Below are positions 23,318 through 34,677 of a stretch of DNA of 46,317 bases, piece by piece; positions within the stretch are counted from its first letter, which is position 1, and each line of letters starts with the position of its first letter. The notes beneath the pieces are model-generated. The model was given only the letters and a program-made list of their open reading frames with translations. It did no database searches and had not been told where the DNA came from. Where the stretch lies: NCBI RefSeq assembly GCF_001194135.2, contig NC_068987.1, forward strand, positions 89,119,828 to 89,166,144, given 5' to 3'. The position numbers and the translations under genes were made by a program. Origin of the DNA: Octopus bimaculoides (taxonomy: Eukaryota).

Positions 23318-25219
23318 CTCTTAGGTGTGTATCTAATTTTAATACTTATTTTCAACTACATCAATTATATAATTCTTTAATCTAATAATTCTTTTTTAAT
23401 TACTTAAATCAGTGATTCTCTAGTGATATGCCATGTGATGTTGCTAGAGCTTAAATCATTTATATTTTTAGAGTAAAATATATAAGCTTTTTTTTTTGTG
23501 CATNNNNNNNNNNNNNNNNNNNNNNNNNNNNNNNNNNNNNNNNNNNNNNNNNNNNNNNNNNNNNNNNNNNNNNNNNNNNNNNNNNNNNNNNNNNNNNNNN
23601 NNNNNNNNNNNNNNNNNNNNNNNNNNNNNNNNNNNNNNNNNNNNNNNNNNNNNNNNNNNNNNNNNNNNNNNNNNNNNNNNNNNNNNNNNNNNNNNNNNNN
23701 NNNNNNNNNNNNNNNNNNNNNNNNNNNNNNNNNNNNNNNNNNNNNNNNNNNNNNNNNNNNNNNNNNNNNNNNNNNNNNNNNNNNNNNNNNNNNNNNNNNN
23801 NNNNNNNNNNNNNNNNNNNNNNNNNNNNNNNNNNNNNNNNNNNNNNNNNNNNNNNNNNNNTAAACATTCCCATTTTTGTACCTCATCATCCCAGCGAACC
23901 AGGAAATATAGAGAATGTCAGGGATAAATGTGTTGGATAAAGATAAAATTAGTTGAAGTGGAGTCGAAATAAAAATATATTTGAAAATCCTTTTGTTTAA
24001 CTGTAAGACTTATTGTTAATTCTTAACAGTAATAACAATAATATGCTGCAAATCCCTTATTTTGGTTTGGAAAAAAAGGTGGGGCGAGGGGAGATATATT
24101 TAATAACAAACCATGTAATTCACACTCTGGAAAATTTATTTCTGTAAAATGTTTTTTTTTTCTTAAACACACAAGATATAGTCTATAAATTTAGGATATA
24201 TACTTTCTCATACAACAATTACTGATATATTTGTTTTAAATCGTTCATCTTTCTCCCCCACCCCCCACCCACACACACAAAAATTAGTTTGGGCATGATT
24301 TTTATTATTATTTTTCTTTCCTTAATGAAAATTGTGCAGGTGAAAGGATCAATGGGGGTGTGGGGGGAAATTTCCGAGGATTCCACCCCATTTTCATTGG
24401 TGAATTATTTTCACTAAATGTATTCAAGTAGCTGGAATGGAACTATGAAGGATTGAGTCCAATATAGTGCAACTAACATACAATCATCACCAGAAATATA
24501 AACTTGTTCATTTAGTGTCATACAGCACCAGATGGAAGTCAATCTAGAAATAGATTACACCTGGCAACAAAATGCTGAGTAGAGATGCTTGCAAACAGCT
24601 ATTTTGAATGAATGTAGGGACCAAAATAACCCCCCCCCCTCACACTTTTCTTTTTCTTAACTTATCAAAGAATGATTGTAGTATATATTTTTATTTTCAT
24701 GTAGTTGCATAACAGTGCATATTTTGTATAAAATATTTTTTCGACTAGATTAGCATCTTTTTTTTTTTTCGTGGTGGGGGGGTCACAAAATTGAAATAGA
24801 TATTAAGGGAATTCCTGTGTTTATATTTATAATGTGTGTTTTCTTTTCATCAAGCTGCATCTGATGTTAAATTGAATGTTTTCTTTTTGATTNNNNNNNN
24901 NNNNNNNNNNNNNNNNNNNNNNNNNNNNNNNNNNNNNNNNNNNNNNNNNNNNNNNNNNNNNNNNNNNNNNNNNNNNNNNNNNNNNNNNNNNNNNNNNNNN
25001 NNNNNNNNNNNNNNNNNNNNNNNNNNNNNNNNNNNNNNNNNNNNNNNNNNNNNNNNNNNNNNNNNNNNNNNNNNNNNNNNNNNNNNNNNNNNNNNNNNNN
25101 NNNNNNNNNNNNNNNNNNNNNNNNNNNNNNNNNNNNNNNNNNNNNNNNNNNNNNNNNNNNNNNNNNNNNNNNNNNNNNNNNNNATCAGTTTGTTATCTTG
25201 TAGTTTTTGAATATAGTTG

Positions 25220-25404
25220 GCACGTAAAAGCACCCACTATATTCTTGGAGTGGTTGGCGTTAGGAAGGGCATCCAGCTGTAGAAACTCTGCCAAATCAGA
25301 TTGGAGCCTGGTGCAGCCATCTGGTTCGCCAGTCCTCAGTCAAATCGTCCAACCCATGCTAGCATGGAAAGCAGACGTTAAACGATGATGATGATGATGA
25401 TGAT
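25220..25404 (+). mobile_element. Family C copy, well preserved
   Basis: GGCACGTAAAAGCACCCACTA...CCCATGCTAGCATGGAAAGCAGACGTTAAACGATGATG. Confidence 0.85.
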
Positions 25405-25474
25405 TTGTGTTCTTGAAACAAGTTCAAGTAATCACTTGTTTTATATATATATTTTTTTAAAGAAATACCAGCAG

Positions 25475-25915
25475 ACACAGGCATGTCTGTGTGGCTAAGA
25501 AGCTCGCTTTACAACCACATAGTTTCAGGTTCAGTCCCACTACATAGCACCTTGAGCAAGTTTCTTCTATAGCTCTAGGCCACACAATCTTTATGAATGA
25601 ATTTGGTACTGTGGAAGTTACCGAATTCATTCAATTTGAAACTGTGGAAGCCTGTCATATATGTGATCAAAATAGACACCAAAGAGCCAATGAGGCTGGT
25701 GTTGTTCTCTGTTGGCAAGACTCTTTTTATCAATTTTACTATATGTTTGTGTGTCTCTCTGTCTGTTTGTCCTCGACAAACCATTTGACAGTGTTGGTTT
25801 GTTTACATTCCTGTAAGTTGACCTCAGCAGAATTTGAACTCAGAACGTAAAGACAGACGAAATACCGCTAAGCATTTCGCCCGGTGTGCTAACATTTCTG
25901 CCAGCTCACCGTCTT
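25475..25915. mobile_element. Family B SINE (+) joined to a family A fragment (-)
   Basis: The B body at 25475-25815 switches to GACCTCAGCAGAATTTGAACTCAGAACG at about 25820. Confidence 0.75.
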
Positions 25916-26094
25916 AAGACTTAAAAAATATTGAAAGACTGAAATAGTGTTAGCACAACCTGCAAAAAATTTCTGACTGGAATTGGAATGAGAACACTTG
26001 TGCCGTGATTCCTATGCAAGTCATTGACTTCCCTAATATTGGCAACTGTTAAAAAAAAAGTAAAAACAATATCTATTTTTATTTATTTAAGTAG

Positions 26095-26500
26095 TGGGGT
26101 CCTTCCTGAGCCCCTGCTATCTCTCCCCCCTCCCCCCTCTCCCATCTCCATACTGATATTTCCCATCAACCACATCTCTACCCTTGTTCATCATTCACTA
26201 CATTTACCTCCATCTCCATCTCTAACCATCTGTTACTTTTCCCTCATGCTCTTATCAAACTACCCATCCTCTCACCACCCCCTCATCCACTGACTCTATT
26301 CTCTCTTATTCTCACCTTCTTGTACCTTGAGAGATTGTTCTGGCACATCATCACTACCATTCTTCTCTTCTTTCCATCTACTGCTACTTACCTTTATATG
26401 ATCTGGTGGAGCCATGTGTCTCCTCTATAGCAAGGCACCTATTCTTGTCCCTCCTTCATACTTTAGTCTCTCAACACCTGGCATTCTACTCAACACCTGT
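26095..26500 (+). repeat. Pyrimidine-rich interspersed repeat, related to 45970-46317
   Basis: Shared words CCATACTGATAT and CATCTCTAACCAT occur in the same order in both copies. The family is unidentified. Confidence 0.5.
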
Positions 26501-26504
26501 CTTC

Positions 26505-26782
26505 TACTATAGCCTCAGGCCAACCAAAGCCTTGTGAGTGGATCTGGTAGATGGAAACTAAAAGAAGCCTGTTGTATGTGTGTGTGTGTGACTGAGTTTG
26601 CCCTTCCCCCGCCATTGCTTGACAACCAATGTTGGTGTGTTTATGTCTCTATAACTTGGTGGTTCAGCAAAAGAGACCGACAGAATAAGATCTAGGCTTA
26701 CAAAGAATAAGTCCCGGGGTCAATTTCTTCGACTAAAAGCAGCGCTCCAGCATGACTAGTCAAATGACTGAAACAAATACAA
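26505..26782 (+). mobile_element. SINE family B, 5'-truncated
   Basis: Collinear with 8430-8729. Confidence 0.8.
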
Positions 26783-27344
26783 GAATTGCATAACTCCAAG
26801 TACCACAACACACATTGGGTAAAAGTTACAGGGTTACTGATTTAGTAAATAATACATTGAGAATAATTATGTAAATTAATTAGTATAGAATTTTTAAAAA
26901 ATATGAAAATGCTTTACTAATCTTTCAGAAAACCAAAGATGTTAGTTTAAAATTTTACACTTAAATTTTTTATTTTCTTGGGAAGTATCTATGTTTATAT
27001 GAAGCAACTTGAACCATCTTCTGCATGGTTTGGATGCAACAATTCTGAGTAAATCTAGATTCTTGACCAATTGAAGATTGTGGCATCTTTTTAAAGTTAT
27101 CCAAAGCTTAATGAAGTCCTGCCTTTGTATTTTTTTTAGGTATTAATACTTAAGACTTGATTAAGGTTAAGTATGACTGCTTGTATTACAATTCATTTTT
27201 TTCTTGAGCCCCAGGACTCATAAAGTTGGTTACTTGGTTTCTATCGCATATAAATGACTAAAATCAAAGCATTGCTCTTGAACAGGACACCAGTCCATTG
27301 CAGGATTCAAGACCAATAATTTTAAGGAGAGGGGAGCAATAGAT

Positions 27345-27993
27345 TACATAGATTCCAATATTTGACTTGTATCTTATTTTATCAACTCTCAAGGGATGAA
27401 AGACAGAGTTGGACCTCAGTAGGGTTTGAACTCAGAACTTGAAGAAACACAAGAAATGCTGCTAGCCATTTTGTCCAACATGCTGACAATTCTGACACCT
27501 CACCACATTTGCATTACAGTATAGTTTTATTTTAAGCATGATTGGTTTTCATTGTAAGTTGGCAAGCTGGCAGAATCGTTGACAAAACACTTAGCAGTAT
27601 TTCACCCATCGCTACGTTCTGAGTTCAAATTCCACCAAGGTCAACTTTGCTTTTCATCCTTTCAGGGTCAATAAATTAAGTACCAGTTGCATACTGGAGT
27701 TGATCTAATCGACTGGCCCCTTCCCCAAAAATTTCGGGCCTTGTGCCTAGAGTAGAAAAGATTACTATATGTCTCAAAGGTGGTGAACTGACAGAATTGT
27801 TAGTGTGCTGGACAAAATGCTTAGCGGTATTTTGCTTGTTGCTAGGTTCTGAGTTCAAATTCTGCCAAGGTTGACTATGCCTTTCATCCTTTCGGGGTTG
27901 ATAAATTAAATACCAGTGAAACACTGGGGTCGATGTAATTGACTAGTCCCCTTCCTCCGAATTTCAGGCCTTGTGCCTTCAGTAGAATGGATT
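27345..27993. mobile_element. Cluster of three family A SINEs: one minus (27345-27507) and two tandem plus (27575-27770, 27778-27993)
   Basis: TTCTGAGTTCAAATTC...CTTTCATCCTTTC.GGG.T.ATAAATTAA.TACCAG occurs twice on the plus strand and the related motif once on the minus strand. Confidence 0.8.
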
Positions 27994-28117
27994 GATTTTC
28001 ATTGAGATTTTCTACTTTAAGGATATGAAAATAAATTATTGTTTCTTTGTAATTATTAATCATTTTCACAAAATCATTTCTGTTTTAGAACTAACAGATG
28101 AATATTCATCTTTGTTT

Positions 28118-28545
28118 TTACTTTTTAACTTGTTTCAGTCATTAGACTGTGGCCATGCTGGGGCACCACCTTGAAGAGTTTTTAGTTAAATGAATTAACC
28201 CCAGGATTTCTTTTTTTTAAGCCTGGTACTTTGGGTCTCTTTTGCCAAACTGCTATGTCATAGAAACATAAATACACCAACACTGGTTATTAAGTGGTGG
28301 TGGGAGACAAACACAGATTCAAAGACACACACACATGCATGCATGCAAGCATACGCACACACACACACATACACACAAACAGATTTCTTTCAGTTTTCGT
28401 CTACCGAATCCACTCACAAGGCTTTTGGTTGGCCCAAGGCTATAGCAGAAGACACTTGCCCAAGATGCCATGCAGTGGGGCTGAACCCGAAACTATGTGG
28501 TTGGGAAGCAAGCTTCTTACCACACAGTCACACCTGCACCTCTCC
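28118..28545 (-). mobile_element. SINE family B, near full length
   Basis: Reverse-complement match including the head (GGGAAGCAAGCTTCTTACCACACAG). Confidence 0.82.
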
Positions 28546-30844
28546 ACACAGCCACTTTGTTGATATTTTTTTCTTATACCACCTTCAGTTATTGTCATAA
28601 ACCAAAATTAGGAACTATAAATTTTGTCATAAATTATAAATATATTAATTACAAAATTAACATTTGATTTTCCTTTTTTCAAGTGTCTTCTTTATACAGT
28701 TTTGAATCTTTTCCTTATTTTTTTTATTCCGATTTATAACAACAAAACTGTAACCCCATCTCTCTTTATCTGTAATTCCATAATAGAATTAACGTTATCT
28801 CTTGGAATACGAAAGATGAATTCATAAGCAGTTGGTGCCCTGTTTTTTATGCTTTTGTGAATCACCAAAGAGAAAAAACATCACCCCCCACTAGGAACCC
28901 AGATAGCTTATATTAAAAATGTCTAAACACACTTTCTGTCATAATATAAAGCTTAAAAAAACAACTACATATACCCATAGAGTACTGATAATATATTCTT
29001 ATTTTAGAAAACTGTGCTAACATGATATCTGTCAGAATATACACAAATCCGGAGCAGTCATAAATAGAGAGAAATGTTGGCCAAAACTATTTATGAAATA
29101 AATATAAGCTATTAATCAATTGCACTAGTTTGCAGAAAACTATTGGTATTACAAGGATATTTACCTCAACTTTTATTACTTTAATTAAAATTCATTATTT
29201 AATCGATGGAAACTTGAAATGTGTTACTTCTACACACCTAACTATCTAAGTAGATAACCCAGTCTTTATCTCTTTATCATTAGATTGGCTACTGAAATAA
29301 GTTTGTCAGGTACAGGCACTTGTGTAGTATTATTGCACAGCTGTAGCATCCATTAGTAGTTTCTCTTGCGGTGCTTCTTGGACTTAGTTGATGTTGTCAC
29401 TGCTGAACTGTTTGGGGAGACGTAGCAAATATCCAAAATGTATGTATAACACAGCAGTATTCTGTTGTTATATTCTTGCAATGTCTTTGTTTCTTCACTT
29501 TCTTCACTTTCTACAAAAAATGTCCATGTTTTAATTTTGAAGCTTAATTTTTAACTTCTGTTAATTTGCAAATTGTTTTCGATATTTTTCTCATAAAATT
29601 ATCTCCAGTGCAACTTAAAGATTTTAAATGAGAAGTTATGATGTCTTTGCTTTATTTCAAAAATGAAAAAGAAATTAATTAGACTTGATGCTAATTAAGA
29701 ATTCAATGAATGATATAATTTTAAAAAAATATTCTATTGTCATTTCTGCGTAAATCACTGTTTTTATATTCTAAAAAGTGTGTGTGTTTACAACAGCCTC
29801 CTTTCATAAGCTTCTTTAATTGTCATTTTGTTTGCATAATAATTACAATTACATAAAATTTCAATTGTGCTGGCTTTTCATTGTGGACAACTAATCCTTA
29901 ATTCACATTAATCTCTCTTTCACATATATTGACATTAGTTAACAACACGGAAAAATAATCTGGTAATTTCATTCAGGGATTTATTTACTATACTGTATAT
30001 GTTATTTCTTCAATTTTTGTTGTCTTTATTTTCTTTTAGTTTTACTCCTTAATTTATTTTATTTCTTAGTTTACTTTTTCATCTCAATTTGGATTAACAA
30101 GATTAGAAATTAAATAATACTTTTTCTTTTAGGATTTGTATCGTTAATGTTGCTTTATAATAATCTATAAACATTAAACACATTAAAGATTGTTACAGGT
30201 TTGTTTTTCTTATATATCACCATCACCATCATCATCATCATCATCAACTTTAAACGATGATGATGATGATTGGGGTGTTAGATATATTTGTTCACTTTTT
30301 TCCTAGTTGACACTCCGTCATCGTCATGTCTGAAAAAAGGTAAAGTTTATTCAAATTTCAAAAACATAAGCAAAAGTTGTAGAGGAAGAACAGATCTTTA
30401 AAAGCCATAAAAATTCTATGATAAAAATTATTTTTCATGTTAACTGAAATAATATTGGAAATTTCACCCAGCCACTGAGAAACATTGTTATCACAGAATA
30501 TACATCAGAGACATGTATAGGTGACTATGTTTGTGTCTGTTTTGTTGCTTGTCTTATGTTTACATCAGTCTAAAAACTAGTTTCCTTGTTTAGGTTGCAC
30601 CTCTTGCTGTCCCTAAACTTAATGATGCAACAAATAGAAATCAATAAGAAAAGTACCTGGTCCCAGCTTAATATAAATACTTAACTAGATATGATTGACT
30701 AAGACTCTTGTAAAAGGTGCCCCAGTATGACCTTAGTCCAATAACTGAAACAAATAAAAGAAGATATATATAAATATATATGTCAATATGTATGGGAGGA
30801 CAAGACTTGAAGGTGTTTCTTAGAGTGAAGTGGGTCTAGGATAT

Positions 30845-31151
30845 ATACTTAACCATCTTCTCACACCGTCTCCGATGAAGGGATATAATAAATATCCTGG
30901 AAACAGCTGTAAGACCTTCTATTTATAAATGTTCTATTTTATACACAACCTTGGTTTTTTATCTCATTCTGAAAAGTAAATCCTTATATATATACATGTA
31001 TGTATATATGGCAAGAAGAAAATGGAGGGAATCCAGACCAGAGGTAGTATTCATCAGCTGTTAGACATCATATTATGATGTCTATTTATTTATTTAAAAC
31101 AGTTCTGATAATATATACATGTGTAAATTACTAGTTAGTATTTCACACATG

Positions 31152-31182
<31 letters not shown>

Positions 31183-31450
31183 AGAACTGTTTTAAGTAAA
31201 TAAATAGACATATTATAATGTCTAACAACTGATAAATACTACCTCTGGATTCCCTCCATTTTCTTCTTGCCATATAAATTGAGGGTAAACCAATTATTAT
31301 CCTTGCCTAATTATTATACTCAGTAGTGTAATTGCCAAGCAATAACCAACACTTGTGTATTAATTGGGTATTCTATCAGCAGTATATTGGATAGATACTA
31401 TCCCTTAGTTGGTTGGATTCACAACCCCTAACTCTCTTTCAATTATATAT
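30845..31450. mobile_element. Penelope-like element remnant: hammerhead segment plus a fold-back
   Basis: Hammerhead at 30868-30915 and an inverted repeat at 31005-31276, with (TA)n boundaries. The PLE assignment is inferred from the ribozyme type; no RT or GIY-YIG sequence is present. Confidence 0.55.
30868..30915 (+). ncRNA. Minimal type I hammerhead ribozyme (Penelope-type), U4C core variant
   Basis: GTCT-CCGATGA-A-GGGATAT(AATAA)ATATCCT-G-GAAAC-AGCT-GT-A-AGAC. Stem I is GTCT/AGAC, stem II has 7 bp, stem III is the perfect palindrome ACAGCTGT, and the GUA triplet predicts cleavage after A30911. Confidence 0.72.
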
Positions 31451-32094
31451 ATATATCCCCCCCACACACACACAAACACACACTCACATACACACGCACA
31501 TGTGCATGCACAGAATATTTATATGCAAAGGTTCTAGCAATTATATATTTGACTTATGAGACATGTTTTGTGTATGGTTAAGTCAGTGTGTCAATTTAAT
31601 AACAAAAGCTCCACCGAGTTGTATGAAAGGGAGCCAAAAATCAGTATCTAGTCCCTCACTATTGATTCTTTGCCATGCAAGTCCTCTGTGTTTGGACTTA
31701 CATATAATACAACCTCCACCCACCCATCCACTAAACCAAGCTTCTTTTTACAGTTCTGAAATAAACCATCAAAGGATTTCGTGTATATATATGTATATAG
31801 TGTGTATGTTTATATGAATATGTATATATATGTGTAATATATTTGTAATGTAGTGCAAGATAAACCTGTTTTTTTTTTGTTCAACACTGGAGGCTTGCTT
31901 GTTGTATTGTGAAAACTGTAAATAAGTGTCATTGTGAGAAACAGAAAGACATTTGCCTACAATTGTCATAATACAGTGATGACTCCAGTGTATTGAGAAA
32001 AATAGGCTTGCTTTGCATCACACCATTAGATACAGGAGGGAAGGAATGAATGTTACTTAGTGACTAAAATATAGATATATATATACATCATCCT

Positions 32095-32272
32095 AATTTT
32101 ATGCTCGTTTTCCATGGTGGCATGGGTTGAACGATTTAACAGGAACTGGCAAGGCCAGGGGCTGCACCAGCTTCCATAGTCTGTTTTGGCTTGGTTTCTA
32201 CAGATGGATGCCCTTCCTAACACCAACCCCCTTTTACAGAGTGTACTGGGTGCCTTTATATGTAGCACCAGC
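32095..32272 (-). mobile_element. Family C copy
   Basis: GTTTCTACAGATGGATGCCCTTCCTAACACCAACC...GGGTGC. Confidence 0.8.
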
Positions 32273-32470
32273 ATATATATATACATACACATATATGCAT
32301 ATATATATACATACATACATATATATATACACATATATATANNNNNNNNNNNNNNNNNNNNNNNNNNNNNNNNNNNNNNNNNNNNNNNNNNNNNNNNNNN
32401 NNNNNNNNNNNNNNNNNNNNNNNNNNNNNNNNNNNNNNNNNNNNNNNNNNNNNNNNNNNNNNNNNNNNNN

Positions 32471-32529
<59 letters not shown>

Positions 32530-32586
32530 ATAAATAAATAATACATTTCTAAATCTCTGAGAGAGATTTATGCAGTAGTGATACGA

Positions 32587-32742
32587 TAAAGTAGTTGTAT
32601 GCTGTCAACTTAATGTGACAGTCCCATGAAGGGAATAATACTACTGCTATTTAGCCCTAGGAAGCTTCCTAGGGATAAATAGCAGTAATATTATTCCCTT
32701 CATGGGACTGTCACATTAACTTGACAGCATACAACTACTTTA
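32587..32742. repeat. 156-bp spacer-less palindrome
   Basis: Two 78-bp arms with 3 mismatches, centred on AAG|CTT at 32664/32665. Confidence 0.95.
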
Positions 32743-33042
32743 TATATATAGGTGTGTGTATGTGTACATTATTCTTATACAAGAGTGTTGTTGACAATGA
32801 CTTCAAAGTTTTGACCAACTAAGTATGCAAAGGTGTGCATCCTAGTGGTAGGGCATTGCAGCCATGATCACTATATCAATAAGTTTGATTCCTGGACCAA
32901 GTGGCATGTTGTGTTCTTGAATGAAACATTTCATTTCACATTGCTCTGCAACCATTTTGACATCGGACATCTGTACAGACAATGTCCATTTGATGGAGGG
33001 AGTGCTGTTATATACAACACATACATTTGATCACTATATGTT

Positions 33043-33270
33043 TCCTTATTACCCACAGAGAGCTAAACACAGAGGGGACAAACAAGGACAGACAAAGGGA
33101 TTAAGTCGATCACATCGACCCCAGAGTGTAACTGGTACTTATTTAATCGACCCCGAAAGGATGAAAGGCAAAGTCGACCTCGGCGGAATTTGAACTCAGA
33201 ACATAACACCAGGTGAAATACCGCTAAGCATTTCACCTGGCATGCTAACGATTCTGCCAGCTCGCTGCCA
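33043..33270 (-). mobile_element. SINE family A, near full length
   Basis: Close match to 4978-5192. Confidence 0.85.
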
Positions 33271-33383
33271 TTTGATCACTATAAGCAAATTATTTGTGCA
33301 TGTCGTTCAGCAAAAACTGAACACCCATGTTTAATGGGAGATTCCATCATATTCCATGCAAGCATAGGAAAGTGAACTTTAAA

Positions 33384-33575
<192 letters not shown>

Positions 33576-34429
33576 GTGGTGTTTATATTATATATTTTTA
33601 TCTATTTTATAAGTTAGTCATTTTGCTACTTTGGCATTTCACCCGTGCATTCAGAGGTTCATCAGGCAAGTCGTGACAAGAGATTTTTGTTGGTTTTATA
33701 CATATATAAGGGATTCATATTGTAGGCAAAGTAGGAGGTGTTGGTGGGGGAAAGAAAGATTTAACGAGGGAAAAAAAACCAGGAGCAAAGGAAGAGGTGG
33801 GGAAAAGAAGAAAGAAATAGAAATGAAAAGGGAAAAGGAAAGAAGAGAAGTAATTAAGAGAGAAATAAGGTTGGATGGGCAGATATTGGTTCAATAAAAA
33901 ACTTGAGTAGAAATAAATAAAATAAAAACTATCAAATAAGTAAATCAAATTGAATGGGAGAAGGAATTTGGTGAATGTGTGTGTGTGTGTGTGTGAATAG
34001 ATTGGTTTCAAATTTTAGCACAAATCCTGCAATTTGGTGGGGAACAAGAAAACCAATTGTATAGCTCCAATATTCAGCTGGTACTAATTCCATGGATCCT
34101 CCCTCTTCTAAAGGATTGAAAGGCAAAGTTGAGCTCAGTGGATTTAGTATTCAGAATGTAAAGATGGACCAAAGTAGCAAGGATTCTGCCAGTCGGATGC
34201 TTTTGTGTGTGTGTAAATAGATTGATTGATAAAGGGATTATAAACTGAATGTAACTGGGTTGGGGGTGAGTGAATAATTAAAATGGGAAATAAATGAAAA
34301 ATATTAATTGAAGAATGTTAATTGAAAAGGCCCGCCTGTTTTGTGGGTTTGGTTTTAGTTGTTGATTAAAGGTTCAGGTTTCAGAAAACTGACCAGAATA
34401 AATTACTGATGAGTTAGTGATGGGAGTGG

Positions 34430-34631
34430 GTAGTAGTGGGAGAAGAAGGAGAGGAAGAAGATGATGATGATGATGGTGATGGTGATGGTGATGATGATGA
34501 TGATGATGAAGGAAGAGGGGAAGAATGATAAGGAGAAAGGGTGGATAAAAAGGATAATAAAATAACAACAGCAGCTGTAGCAGCAATAACAAGAAGGAGA
34601 AGGAGAAGAAGAAGAAGGAGGAGGAGGAGGA

Positions 34632-34677
<46 letters not shown>
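34430..34677. repeat. Compound trinucleotide tract (GAA/GAT/GGT/GGA/AAT)n
   Basis: Direct reading; includes (AAT)15 at 34633-34677. Confidence 0.9.

Noticed and set aside
29290-29520. piggyBac C-terminal Cys-rich remnant (QLSPRSTARETTNGCYSC on the minus strand)
   Set aside because: Too few cysteines and no flanking transposase sequence or termini.
31044-31054. CTGATGA on the minus strand as another hammerhead core; also 34406 and 35586 on the plus strand
   Set aside because: None has a suitably placed GAAA or stems, and the inverted partner of the first reads CTGATAA.
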